Assembly (NCBI GenBank): GCA_964480775.1
Contig: CAYZRF010000001.1
Span: forward strand, 1-32,000
DNA from: an uncultured Nitrososphaerota archaeon
Lineage (GTDB): Archaea > Korarchaeota > Korarchaeia > Korarchaeales > Korarchaeaceae
Direction of reading: 5' to 3'
Length of the DNA stretch: 32,000 nt
Each line of letters starts with the position of its first letter. Positions within the stretch are counted from its first letter, which is position 1. The position numbers and the translations under genes were made by a program. This document shows, piece by piece, positions 16,204 to 24,737 of this stretch. The notes under the pieces are model-generated. The model did no database searches, was not told the DNA's origin, and saw only the letters and a list, made by a program, of their open reading frames with translations.

Positions 16204-16275
16204 ATACTTACCTTCTATTGAGTTTATTTCGATAAACTATATATTGTAGATAGTTAAATTTTTGAAGGGATAAGA

Positions 16276-17391
16276 ATGAAAAGGGTTGCGAGAGCTGGAG
16301 TCTCAAGAGTTCTCATTGTCGTACTGACCCTGGCTGTGATAGTACTTGCGGTGTTTTCAATCCGCATTGGAAGAAGGGAAAGGGCAGATAGAGAAGAGAT
16401 CGTTTTAACAGGTAGCGGCGCAACATTCCCACAACCACAGATAGAGAAGTGGATAGATCTCTATACAAAGAGAAATCCTGGGGTGAAGATAGAATACACG
16501 GGCAAGGGGAGCGGAGGAGGGCAGAATGACTTCAAGAATGGACTCGTGGATTTTGCCTGCAGCGATCCGCCCTTAAAAGAGGATCTTTGGAGAGAACTCG
16601 AAAAGAGGGGCCAACCGTTACAGTTTCCAATAATTATAGGTGCTATCTCTGTCGTTTACAATCTGCCTGGAGTAGACAACCTAAGGCTTAGCAAGGATGC
16701 TCTTGTAGCCATATTCTTAGGAGATATAGAGTATTGGGACGATCCTATTATAAAAGAATTAAATCCGGAGGCACAGCTTCCCCATGAGAAAATTATAGTT
16801 GTCCATAGAAGCGACAGCAGCGGTACAACAGCAGTTTTCACAACATACTTGAGCATTATAAGTGAGGAGTGGAGGGAAAACGCTGGCGCTGGAAAAGTTG
16901 TTGACTGGCCGGTCGATAAGCTGGGAAGAGGGCTTGGCGGAAAAGGAAACCAAGGTGTAACTGCTATAATAAAGCAGAACCCGAACACGATAGGTTACGT
17001 TGAACTCGCATACTCAATAAATGAAAATCTGCAAGCAGCACTCATTGAGAACAAGGATGGTAACTTTGTTGCCCCCTCTCCAGAGACAATAAAATCTGCA
17101 GTATCTAGAGCTGGCGCCAGCGTGCCACCACCAACGGAAGGATACAAGGAAAAGCTAGAGCAATTCCTCGATGCTCCTGGAGAAAACTCATATCCGATAA
17201 TAGCTTTCAGCCACATGATCGTGTGGAGCGAATACCCCTCTGACAAGGCAGAGGCAATTAGGGATTTCATAACCTGGATATTAACGGAAGGACAAAAGGA
17301 TGAGAACATAATGACGGGGTATGTAGGGCTTCCAGAGGAAGTTGCAGAAATCGGACTCAGTGCTGCTGAAATCATCAAGCCTAGGAGCTGA
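16276..17391 (+). CDS. pstS: Phosphate ABC transporter substrate-binding protein PstS
   Basis: N-terminal anchor helix, then GSGATFPQP, KGSGGG and HRSDSSGTT motifs. First gene of the operon. Confidence 0.92.
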   Translation: MKRVARAGVSRVLIVVLTLAVIVLAVFSIRIGRRERADREEIVLTGSGATFPQPQIEKWIDLYTKRNPGVKIEYTGKGSGGGQNDFKNGLVDFACSDPPLKEDLWRELEKRGQPLQFPIIIGAISVVYNLPGVDNLRLSKDALVAIFLGDIEYWDDPIIKELNPEAQLPHEKIIVVHRSDSSGTTAVFTTYLSIISEEWRENAGAGKVVDWPVDKLGRGLGGKGNQGVTAIIKQNPNTIGYVELAYSINENLQAALIENKDGNFVAPSPETIKSAVSRAGASVPPPTEGYKEKLEQFLDAPGENSYPIIAFSHMIVWSEYPSDKAEAIRDFITWILTEGQKDENIMTGYVGLPEEVAEIGLSAAEIIKPRS

Positions 17392-17448
17392 AAAAACAGT
17401 TGCTCTCTGTTTCTCTCTTTTTTTGACGTAAAGGGAGGATGCAAGGGT

Positions 17449-18360
17449 ATGAGAGATAAATTCGAGATAGCTCTAATGCCCTTCTCAGCACTCGTCTTTG
17501 GTATATTTGCCCTCATGCTAATTATTTTCTTCGCAAATTCGATTCAGATTTTTGAAAAAGAGGGCCTAGCTATTTATACAACGAGCAGATGGTTAGCTTC
17601 CGAAGATCCAAGTCTTGAATTCTATGGAGTTCTCCCAGCAATATACGGCAGCCTCTATACCTCAGCGATAGCAATATCAATAGCTCTCCCACTTTCCATC
17701 GCATATTCCGTATTCGTCGTTGACTATGCGCCGAGAAGGATAAAGAAATGGCTTGTGATAGCCACTGACATAATGGCTGGCTTACCAACCATAATATACG
17801 GAATATGGGGGGCTTTCATTCTCGTGCCATTTGTCAAGAAATACTTGATGGAGCCCCTTTACGAAAACTTCTCCTTCATACCTTTATTCTCCTATCCTCC
17901 TTCTACTGGACACAGCTTTCTCTCCGGCGGAATACTGCTTGGCGTTATGGTAACTCCCTTTGCTGCAGCAATCATAAGAGAGGCCTACAGGACGATACCC
18001 TACACGTATAGAGAAGCAATATATGCGCTAGGCGCGACGCGATACGAGGCAACGAGGGTCTTAATTGGCTACATAAAACCAGCTATTTTAGCAGGGCTGG
18101 TTTTGGCCTTTGGAAGGGCGATAGGGGAAACAGTTGCTGTCAGCCTTGTTATAGGGAATACATTTAACATAAGTCCGAGTCTCTTCGCTCCAGGATATAC
18201 CATATCCTCTTTGATAGCAAATCAATTTGGGAACGCCTTCATATACAAGTACATGGTCAGTGCGCTCTTTGCTGCAGGCCTATCTCTATTCTTTATAGGG
18301 CTTGCGGTTAACCTCCTGGTCTTCCGAATGTTAAGAAGGTGGGAATATGCCAGATCATAG
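17449..18360 (+). CDS. pstC: Phosphate ABC transporter permease PstC
   Basis: Six hydrophobic helices and an EAA-like loop REAIYALGATRYEATRVLI. Positioned after pstS. Confidence 0.92.
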   Translation: MRDKFEIALMPFSALVFGIFALMLIIFFANSIQIFEKEGLAIYTTSRWLASEDPSLEFYGVLPAIYGSLYTSAIAISIALPLSIAYSVFVVDYAPRRIKKWLVIATDIMAGLPTIIYGIWGAFILVPFVKKYLMEPLYENFSFIPLFSYPPSTGHSFLSGGILLGVMVTPFAAAIIREAYRTIPYTYREAIYALGATRYEATRVLIGYIKPAILAGLVLAFGRAIGETVAVSLVIGNTFNISPSLFAPGYTISSLIANQFGNAFIYKYMVSALFAAGLSLFFIGLAVNLLVFRMLRRWEYARS

Positions 18361-19189
18361 GAGAGTCAAGGAAATAGTGTTCCAAGCTGTGATTGTTATA
18401 CTCACCTTCTTGACCATAGCGCCATTGCTGCACATAATATCCAGCGTGTTTGTGAAAGGTCTACCTGTTCTAATAAGAGGAGGCGTATCTTTCCTAACGG
18501 ATACATTGGCTCCTCCAAGTGACGGTCTAGGTGGGGTAGGTCCTGCCATCTTGGGAACTTTCGTTCTCATATTTCTCTCATTGCTCATGGGGTTGCCTAT
18601 AGCGCTCATGGCTGGAATCTATTCCGCGGAATATCCGAGAAGCATAGTTGGTAGAGCTACAAAGATTCTGTTACAAATAATGATGGAGTTCCCTACGATC
18701 CTAGTAGGTCTATTTGCGATGGAGTTGCTTGTAATACCCATAGGCTCATATTCTGTACTCGCTGGTGCTTTTGCTCTAGCCATAATAATGATGCCATACG
18801 TGGCTATAAGCACGGAAGAGGCCTTGAAGGAAATACCAAAAACCTATAGGGAGGCGGCCTTCAGCTTAGGATTATCAAGAGTTCAGGTTGTCTTTAGAGT
18901 CCTAATTAAAATGGCTAAGAGGGGTACCTTGACTGGTATACTCATAGGCATGGCTAAAGTTGCTGGAGAGACTGCGCCGCTTCTCTTTACCGCTGGTGGA
19001 TCCGAAAGAATATATTTCCTAGGCCTAGACAGGCCCATAGGGGCCATTCCTCTTTTAATATACCAATTGATCCAGCAACCCTACGATAACTACCATCAGA
19101 TAGCTTGGGGAGCCTCTCTTTTGTTAATGCTCATATTTCTTGGGATCTTCATACCAACTACACTAAAACTTAGGGAGGTCAAGTTTTGA
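18347..19189 (+). CDS. pstA: Phosphate ABC transporter permease PstA
   Basis: Overlaps pstC by 14 nt. EAA-like loop REAAFSLGLSRVQVVFRVLI. Confidence 0.92.
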   Translation: MPDHRRVKEIVFQAVIVILTFLTIAPLLHIISSVFVKGLPVLIRGGVSFLTDTLAPPSDGLGGVGPAILGTFVLIFLSLLMGLPIALMAGIYSAEYPRSIVGRATKILLQIMMEFPTILVGLFAMELLVIPIGSYSVLAGAFALAIIMMPYVAISTEEALKEIPKTYREAAFSLGLSRVQVVFRVLIKMAKRGTLTGILIGMAKVAGETAPLLFTAGGSERIYFLGLDRPIGAIPLLIYQLIQQPYDNYHQIAWGASLLLMLIFLGIFIPTTLKLREVKF

Positions 19190-19938
19190 ACGCATTAGAG
19201 ATCATAAATCTGAATGTATATTATGGAAACAGACACGTAATTAAAGGAATCAGTCTCGAAATCCCACAAAAGGTCGTGTTTGCAATCATGGGTCCAAGCG
19301 GATCGGGAAAATCCACCCTGCTGAAAGCCATAAACAGACTCATCGAGCTCGATGAGGACGCAAAAGTGAATGGAGATGTGAAACTGTTCAAAAAGAGCGT
19401 TTACGAAATGGATCCCAGAGAAGTTAGAAGGAGGATTGGAATGGTATTCCAACAGCCAAACCCCTTCCCTCACCTAAGCATATACGACAATGTGGCTCTG
19501 GGTCCAAGACTGAACAAGTTCGTTAGGAATAAGGAGGAGCTAGACAAGCTCGTTGAATGGGCATTAAAGAAGGCAGTCCTATGGGAAGAGGTTAAAGATA
19601 GACTGGGGGACTTGGCTTCAAAGCTTAGCGGCGGTCAACAACAGCGTCTATGCATAGCAAGGGCTCTTGCCCTTAAACCGGATGTTCTTCTGCTGGATGA
19701 ACCGACATCAGCTCTTGATCCTGCCTCAACGGCGAAGATAGAAAGTTTGTTGTTAGAACTCAAGAAAAGCTATACAATAATTATAGTTACTCACAAGATG
19801 CAACAAGCAGCCAGGATAGGCGACTATACCGCCTTTATCCTAGATGGAAAGCTCATAGAGGTTGGTGACACCACCCAGATATTTGAGAATCCAAAGGACA
19901 AGCGCACAGAAGCATACATAACAGGGAGGTTTGGTTGA
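19186..19938 (+). CDS. pstB: Phosphate ABC transporter ATP-binding protein PstB
   Basis: Walker A GPSGSGKST, signature LSGGQQQRL, Walker B LLLDEPTSALD. The TTG start overlaps the pstA stop by 4 nt. Confidence 0.95.
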   Translation: MNALEIINLNVYYGNRHVIKGISLEIPQKVVFAIMGPSGSGKSTLLKAINRLIELDEDAKVNGDVKLFKKSVYEMDPREVRRRIGMVFQQPNPFPHLSIYDNVALGPRLNKFVRNKEELDKLVEWALKKAVLWEEVKDRLGDLASKLSGGQQQRLCIARALALKPDVLLLDEPTSALDPASTAKIESLLLELKKSYTIIIVTHKMQQAARIGDYTAFILDGKLIEVGDTTQIFENPKDKRTEAYITGRFG

Positions 19939-20009
19939 GGGTGAGTTTATTTGCCCTTTCGTTTTCTAGCTTGTTTAATGTGAATTCAAAGCTGATAAAA
20001 GGTGTTTGA

Positions 20010-20663
20010 ATGAGTAGACAAATCCTTGATGAGATAATCGAAAAAGTAAGGGAAGGCATTCTAAAACTGAGTAAAATTACCAAAAGAGCCGTTAATCTTT
20101 CTATAGAGGCCTTGAAAGAAGAAAATACTGAGAAAGCTAGAGAGGTTGATATGCTAGAAAAGGAAAGTGACCTCTTGAACTTGGAAATTGAGAATCTGAT
20201 AATGGAAGCAGCAGCTAGGCATCAACCAGTCGCTGGAGACCTGAGATTTTTACACTCGATGCTGAAGATTTCAAGTAATTATGAAAGAGTATCTGACATT
20301 TCACAAAAAATTGCTGGGCTGAAACAAAGAGGCATTCAGGAGCTATTTAAAAAGCCTTTGGAGAGCATCGCCGAGATAAAGGGTTTGATAGTAAAGATGA
20401 TAGAGCTTAACGAGAGGGCAATAATAGATCACTCCACAGAACCGATAAAGCAGCTTCATAAGTTGGACGACCAAATAGACAAACTCCATAGAAAAGCATG
20501 TAATGAACTCATGGATATCATGCTAAAAGATCCTAAAACCATTCCTGGTGCCGTAAATCTACTCTTCGTTGTAAGATATCTAGAACGTATAGGGGATATA
20601 GTAGCTAAGTCCGGGGCTAGAATAGTCTATGCGATTGAGGGAAAAAGGGTCTGGATAAAGTAA
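20010..20663 (+). CDS. phoU: Phosphate signalling complex protein PhoU
   Basis: Two PhoU repeats (DLLNLEIENLIMEA...YERVSDISQKIA and DDQIDKLHRKACNEL...LERIGDIVAKSG). Last gene of the pst operon. Confidence 0.92.
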   Translation: MSRQILDEIIEKVREGILKLSKITKRAVNLSIEALKEENTEKAREVDMLEKESDLLNLEIENLIMEAAARHQPVAGDLRFLHSMLKISSNYERVSDISQKIAGLKQRGIQELFKKPLESIAEIKGLIVKMIELNERAIIDHSTEPIKQLHKLDDQIDKLHRKACNELMDIMLKDPKTIPGAVNLLFVVRYLERIGDIVAKSGARIVYAIEGKRVWIK

Positions 20664-20678
20664 AGGGCGGGAAGGAAG

Positions 20679-20912
20679 ATGCTAGTAGACTATCACGTTC
20701 ACACGTATCTCTGCGGACATGCAAAAGGAAAGCCTCTAGACTGGTTAGAGAGGCCTAGAGAAAAGGGGTTTCCGAAATAGGATCTTCAGATCATATAATG
20801 GTCGATAGGTGGAAGACCCGAATATGCCATGAGGATAGACCAGATAGAGGACTATGTCAAGTTAGTTGAGAAGGATGAGAAGGAATCAAGCATACCTATC
20901 AAGCTAGGGGCC
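20679..20912 (+). pseudogene. Remnant of a PHP-family (HisJ-like) phosphoesterase: frameshifted and 3'-truncated
   Basis: The ATG at 20679 opens MLVDYHVHTYLCGHAKGKPLDWLE..., the hallmark PHP N-terminus, and hits TAG at 20778-20780. The expected EIGSSDH motif continues in another frame (20774 onward). The original frame resumes with GGRPEYAMRIDQIEDYVKLVEK...IPIKLGA and then loses similarity near 20912. Only about 78 of roughly 250 expected codons remain. Confidence 0.6.
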
Positions 20913-21017
20913 AAAAATTTCCTTGCCCTTAAAAGCTCCTCTTAGGTCCTGTTTATTTGCTAAGACAACCAGTGGAGTTCCCTCTTCAAAATAGGTTCCT
21001 ACCTCTTGGAAGATTTT
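20904..21017 (-). pseudogene. Fragment of a small Ras/Arf/MglA-like GTPase (G4 region only); degenerate traces possibly extend to about 21150
   Basis: Reverse translation gives KIFQEVGTYFEEGTPLVVLANKQDLRGAFKGKEIFGP-stop, with the classic hydrophobic-strand plus NKxD motif. It is bounded upstream by an in-frame TGA (21020-21018). Further upstream, other frames read FKIYLVSGP..., a weak match to a switch II region. Confidence 0.4.
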
Positions 21018-21187
21018 TCAGGCTCTCTCATAGAATTTCTTCTTCTAGAAAATTCCGCTTATTGAAAAATGGCGCGTTTAACTCGGTTTTCAATAATCGA
21101 GGGCCTGAAACAAGGTAAATCTTAAAGTCAACATCTTCGACAGCTTTTTATAAGCGGCTAAGATCTGATTACTGGTGATTCTGCTAT

Positions 21188-22039
21188 ATGGAAGCAAAAG
21201 CTAAGCCGGCTCCCCCTCCTGCTATTAGAAAGCCTCCTACGAGAGAAGAAATCATGGAGAGAATAAGAGAGAATCTTAAGGGGATAAAACATAAGATAAT
21301 TGTCTTAAGTGGGAAAGGAGGGGTTGGGAAGTCTGCAGTGACAGCAAACCTGGCTGCTGTGCTTGCAAAAGAGGGTCACTCTGTTGGGGTATTTGATTAC
21401 GACTTTCACGGTCCAGCAATGGCAAGGATGCTTGGAGTCCTCGGAAAAAGTCCTTCTGCCCTTCCTTTTGGAATTTTCCCTGCGACTGGCGTATTAGGAA
21501 TAAAGGTTTTCTCCTTAGCATTTTTGTTGCCGGATGAAAGGACGCCAGTTATATGGAGAGGTCCCCTCAAGGCTAAAGCCCTTCAGGAACTCATGACTAG
21601 CATAATATGGGGTAATTTGGATTTCCTCCTATTCGATCTCCCACCAGGAACTGGAGATGAAGCCCTTAACATAGCTCAAAACATACCTGATGTTAAAGGA
21701 GCTATTGTCGTAACCATACCAAGCGTTGTTTCAACAGTTGCGGTGGAGAAATCGGTTGAATTCTGCAAAAAGCTCAACATACCACTTTTGGGGGTAATAG
21801 AAAATATGAGCTACTTTAGATGTCCATATTGCGGTCAGATAACGGAGGTATTTGGAAAAGGAGCTGGAAATAGGATAGCTGAAGACGAAAGCATTCGTTT
21901 GCTTGGAAAAATCCCTCTAGACCCCGAGATGGCTAGATGCTTGGACAAGGGATCTCCTATGGTAGTCTGTAAGCCCGATTCGGAATCAACAAAATCATTT
22001 GAGGCAATAGCTCAATCCTTACTTCAATTGCTTTCCTGA
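21188..22039 (+). CDS. mrp: Mrp/NBP35 (ApbC) family Fe-S cluster carrier ATPase
   Basis: Deviant Walker A LSGKGGVGKS, FDLPPGTGDE, and the cluster-ligand motif ENMSYFRCPYCG. Confidence 0.9.
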   Translation: MEAKAKPAPPPAIRKPPTREEIMERIRENLKGIKHKIIVLSGKGGVGKSAVTANLAAVLAKEGHSVGVFDYDFHGPAMARMLGVLGKSPSALPFGIFPATGVLGIKVFSLAFLLPDERTPVIWRGPLKAKALQELMTSIIWGNLDFLLFDLPPGTGDEALNIAQNIPDVKGAIVVTIPSVVSTVAVEKSVEFCKKLNIPLLGVIENMSYFRCPYCGQITEVFGKGAGNRIAEDESIRLLGKIPLDPEMARCLDKGSPMVVCKPDSESTKSFEAIAQSLLQLLS

Positions 22040-22229
22040 GCTTAGGTTAGATCTTCTTGTTTGGGACCTGAGTATGAAATACAAGAAGGGCTTATTTAGA
22101 TCCAATGAGACCTTCATCTTGGAGATAGTTCGAATCAAAAAAGCGTTCAGGCCTTGTAAGAGGTTTCTAATCTGAAGACAGTACTTCTTCCTTCTCTTAG
22201 ACCAAGTTCGCATTGAGAGCCTTCCCTTC

Positions 22230-22556
22230 CTACTCAAAGGAAATGGTTCCATCAACAAGGTTTACAACTATCTTTTTTGCCTTAAGCCTCCATACTTTCT
22301 CTGGAGCTCCAGGTCCACTCTCCTTGTAGCTTGCGAGCTCGATTATTCCAATGCCCTTAAGCACAGATAGGTGGTAGTAGAGGGTAGATCTAGGGAAGGG
22401 TCTTCTGAAGGTCTCCTCCAGCCTCTCAGCTATTTCATTTGTGCTCAGTTCCCCGGAAGAGAGTGCCTTTATTATGGCCCATCTCGGCCCGCAGGCTGTG
22501 GCTTTTAGGGTCATGATTACTTCCTTAAAAGGAAGCCTTTTGCAGCGTCTCATCAA
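22230..22556 (-). CDS. ArsR-family winged-helix transcriptional regulator
   Basis: RWAIIKALSSGELSTNEIAERLE...STLYYHLSVLKGIGIIE. A more likely start is the ATG at 22514 (MTLKATA), preceded by AAGGAAG. It is divergent from the NifX-like operon. Confidence 0.8.
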   Translation of the reverse strand: MMRRCKRLPFKEVIMTLKATACGPRWAIIKALSSGELSTNEIAERLEETFRRPFPRSTLYYHLSVLKGIGIIELASYKESGPGAPEKVWRLKAKKIVVNLVDGTISFE

Positions 22557-22591
22557 GGGATCAAGGTGGGAATATTTATAATTATGTTGAG

Positions 22592-22617
22592 GATATCACG
22601 AATAATTTGGTGATATC
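22592..22617. promoter_or_regulatory. Candidate operator: perfect 8-bp inverted repeat GATATCAC-N10-GTGATATC
   Basis: The arms are at 22592-22599 and 22610-22617. The repeat lies between an A/T box (AATATTTATAATTA, 22571-22584) and the TTG start at 22618, so it covers the predicted transcription start of the NifX-like/ABC operon. Confidence 0.45.
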
Positions 22618-23022
22618 TTGAAGATAGCAGTGCCAAGCGCGGATGACAGGGGCCTAGACTCTGAAGTGGGACGACATTTCGGAAGGGTACCATATTATAC
22701 CATTGTGTCAGTTGAGGATGGTGCGATAAAAGGGGTCGAGGTCGTCAGAAATCCCTTCATCGAGCATCAACCTGGACAGATCCCCAGCTTTCTGAGACAG
22801 AAAGGGGTCGACGTCATCATAGCCTATGGGGTTGGTAGGAGGGCCAGGGAGTTCTTCAACACCCTAGGGATAAGTGTGATAACTGGGGCCTATGGGAAAG
22901 TTGGAGAGGTTGTAGAATCCTACATAAGGGGGTCAATAAGGACTGATGAATCTTGGGAAGAAGGCCTCGAGTTCCACAGACATAAAATGGGTGAAGGAAG
23001 CAGAAAATGCAGAGACATTTGA
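22618..23022 (+). CDS. NifX/NifB-C-terminal-like (dinitrogenase FeMo-cofactor-binding fold, PF02579-type) protein
   Basis: MKIAVPS...GLDSEVGRHFGRVPYYTIV...GVDVIIAYGVGRRAREFFNTLGISVITG is characteristic of the family. TTG start with GGTGAT upstream. Confidence 0.85.
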   Translation: MKIAVPSADDRGLDSEVGRHFGRVPYYTIVSVEDGAIKGVEVVRNPFIEHQPGQIPSFLRQKGVDVIIAYGVGRRAREFFNTLGISVITGAYGKVGEVVESYIRGSIRTDESWEEGLEFHRHKMGEGSRKCRDI

Positions 23023-23963
23023 TAAACCCGAAAAGAACTGGTCTTGCCGTAGAGGCAAGAAATCTAACGAAGTACTATGGAAGCCTGCTTGCCGTCGATC
23101 ACATCTCATTTGAAGTTAGGGAAGGGGAGATATTCGGCTTTCTTGGGCCTAACGGAGCTGGAAAAACCACCACTATCAGGATGTTGTGTGGCCTTTCCAA
23201 AATAAGCGATGGAACAGCATATGTAAACGGATTTGATGTTATAAAGGAGAAAATAAAGGTAAAAGCGAGCATAGGCGTTGTTCCAGACATATCAAATCTA
23301 TATCCTGAGCTTTCATGTTACGACAACCTGAACTTCTCTGCTGAGATGTACGGAGTTCCAGAGAGTGAAAGAAAGGAAAGAATAATGGATCTTCTTGATT
23401 TCTTTGGGCTTATAGATAAGAAAGATGAGAAATTTGCTAACCTTTCTAAGGGGATGAAGAGGAGGGCAACTATAGCAGCTGCTCTGGTACATGAGCCTGA
23501 ATTGCTCTTCTTGGATGAGCCTACGATAGGGCTTGATGTGATGGGAAAAAGGAAGATGTGGCGTTTGATAGAGCGGCTTAACGAAAAGGGCCTTACGATT
23601 TTCCTTACTACTCATAACATAAATGAGGCATCAAAACTTAGCCACAGACTGGCGATAATAAATAAAGGAAAGATAGTGGCTGAAGGAACTCCCTCAGACC
23701 TTAAGAAGCTAATTCCGGGATCTCAAGTATTAGAGCTGAAGATAACGCCTTTCGAAAATTTCAATGAAGAGATGGCTAACATGGAAGGCGTAGTAAAAGT
23801 TGACTTTTGGAAAGACGGCACGGTAAGAATAGTAGCAAAGGATGCTGTCGGAGTGCTCCAGAAGTTGCTAAGAAGGATCGTTGAAAGGGGCCTTAGCTTA
23901 GAACTACTCAGTCTTAGAGGGGCTGAGATGGAGGAGGTATTTATCAAGCTTTTGGAGGAATGA
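23007..23963 (+). CDS. ABC transporter ATP-binding protein (ABC-2/DrrA-type exporter)
   Basis: Walker A GPNGAGKTT, signature LSKGMKRR, Walker B LLFLDEPTIGLD, and H-loop TTHN. It overlaps the NifX-like gene by 16 nt. Confidence 0.9.
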   Translation: MQRHLINPKRTGLAVEARNLTKYYGSLLAVDHISFEVREGEIFGFLGPNGAGKTTTIRMLCGLSKISDGTAYVNGFDVIKEKIKVKASIGVVPDISNLYPELSCYDNLNFSAEMYGVPESERKERIMDLLDFFGLIDKKDEKFANLSKGMKRRATIAAALVHEPELLFLDEPTIGLDVMGKRKMWRLIERLNEKGLTIFLTTHNINEASKLSHRLAIINKGKIVAEGTPSDLKKLIPGSQVLELKITPFENFNEEMANMEGVVKVDFWKDGTVRIVAKDAVGVLQKLLRRIVERGLSLELLSLRGAEMEEVFIKLLEE

Positions 23964-24694
23964 GATTGATTCAAATGAAGAAAGCCTTCTACATCGCTAA
24001 GAAGGACATAAAAGAGTACTACCTCAAGCCACCTACGATAAGCTGGGGAATCCTCTTCCCTCTGGCCTTTGCCTTGACCTTCGTAATAAGGAGCAGGGGA
24101 GATATACATGAGCTTGCTCCCGGGCTCATATCGTTAGCCCTCTTCTTCGGAACAACTTCCATGGCCTCAGCCTCAATAGTGTTCGAGAGGAGGATTGGGG
24201 CTTTTGAGAGGTTGTTATTGTATCCGGCCTCCTACCTCGATATAGCTCTTGGAAAAGTTCTTAGCAGCTTCCTCTTCGGGACGATATCTTCTATCGCAAC
24301 AATATTCTTGCTCATTCCCCTGTTAAAGCTCAAGCCCTTAAGTATTCCCCTTCTCATAGCATCTATTTTTTCTTCTACCTTCCTTTTTGCTTCCTTTGGC
24401 GTCCTTCTGGCCTTCGTCTCGAGAGACCCTTTCAACGCGATGACGATATTCAACTCAGTAAGGTTTCCGATGATCTTCTTAAGTGGGATATTTATACCTC
24501 TGACTAGGCTCCCTTCGCCTCTAAGGGCAATATCATTACTTCTTCCTCTTACATATTCTGTTGAGGCGATAAAATACTCGGTTATCGGAACATGTTATCT
24601 AATCAACCCATTAATTCCCTTCTCCTTAATATTAATCCTTAGCCTGCTTTTCATTTTCATCATAAAGCAGCTTATAGAGAGAAGCGTACCCTAG
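23960..24694 (+). CDS. ABC-2 type transporter permease
   Basis: Overlaps the ATPase gene by 4 nt. About 6 hydrophobic helices, with the typical ABC-2 length and layout. Confidence 0.85.
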   Translation: MRLIQMKKAFYIAKKDIKEYYLKPPTISWGILFPLAFALTFVIRSRGDIHELAPGLISLALFFGTTSMASASIVFERRIGAFERLLLYPASYLDIALGKVLSSFLFGTISSIATIFLLIPLLKLKPLSIPLLIASIFSSTFLFASFGVLLAFVSRDPFNAMTIFNSVRFPMIFLSGIFIPLTRLPSPLRAISLLLPLTYSVEAIKYSVIGTCYLINPLIPFSLILILSLLFIFIIKQLIERSVP

Positions 24695-24737
24695 CGTTTG
24701 AATCCCTTGCAAAATAAGGAGATACATAAGCTTTTGT

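Noticed and set aside
16656-17516. Track ORFs 16656..16988(-), 16759..16953(-) and 16995..17516(-)
   Set aside because: They lie antisense to pstS/pstC, which have clear family motifs. Their sequences are Ser/Pro-rich shadow products.
22019-22258. Track ORF of 79 aa (-) and a 33-aa + ORF (22074..22175, MKYKKGLFRSNETFILEIVRIKKAFRPCKRFLI) in the Mrp/ArsR convergent spacer
   Set aside because: The 79-aa ORF overlaps the 3' ends of both real genes. The 33-aa ORF has no RBS or promoter. It might be another gene remnant, but I cannot support that.
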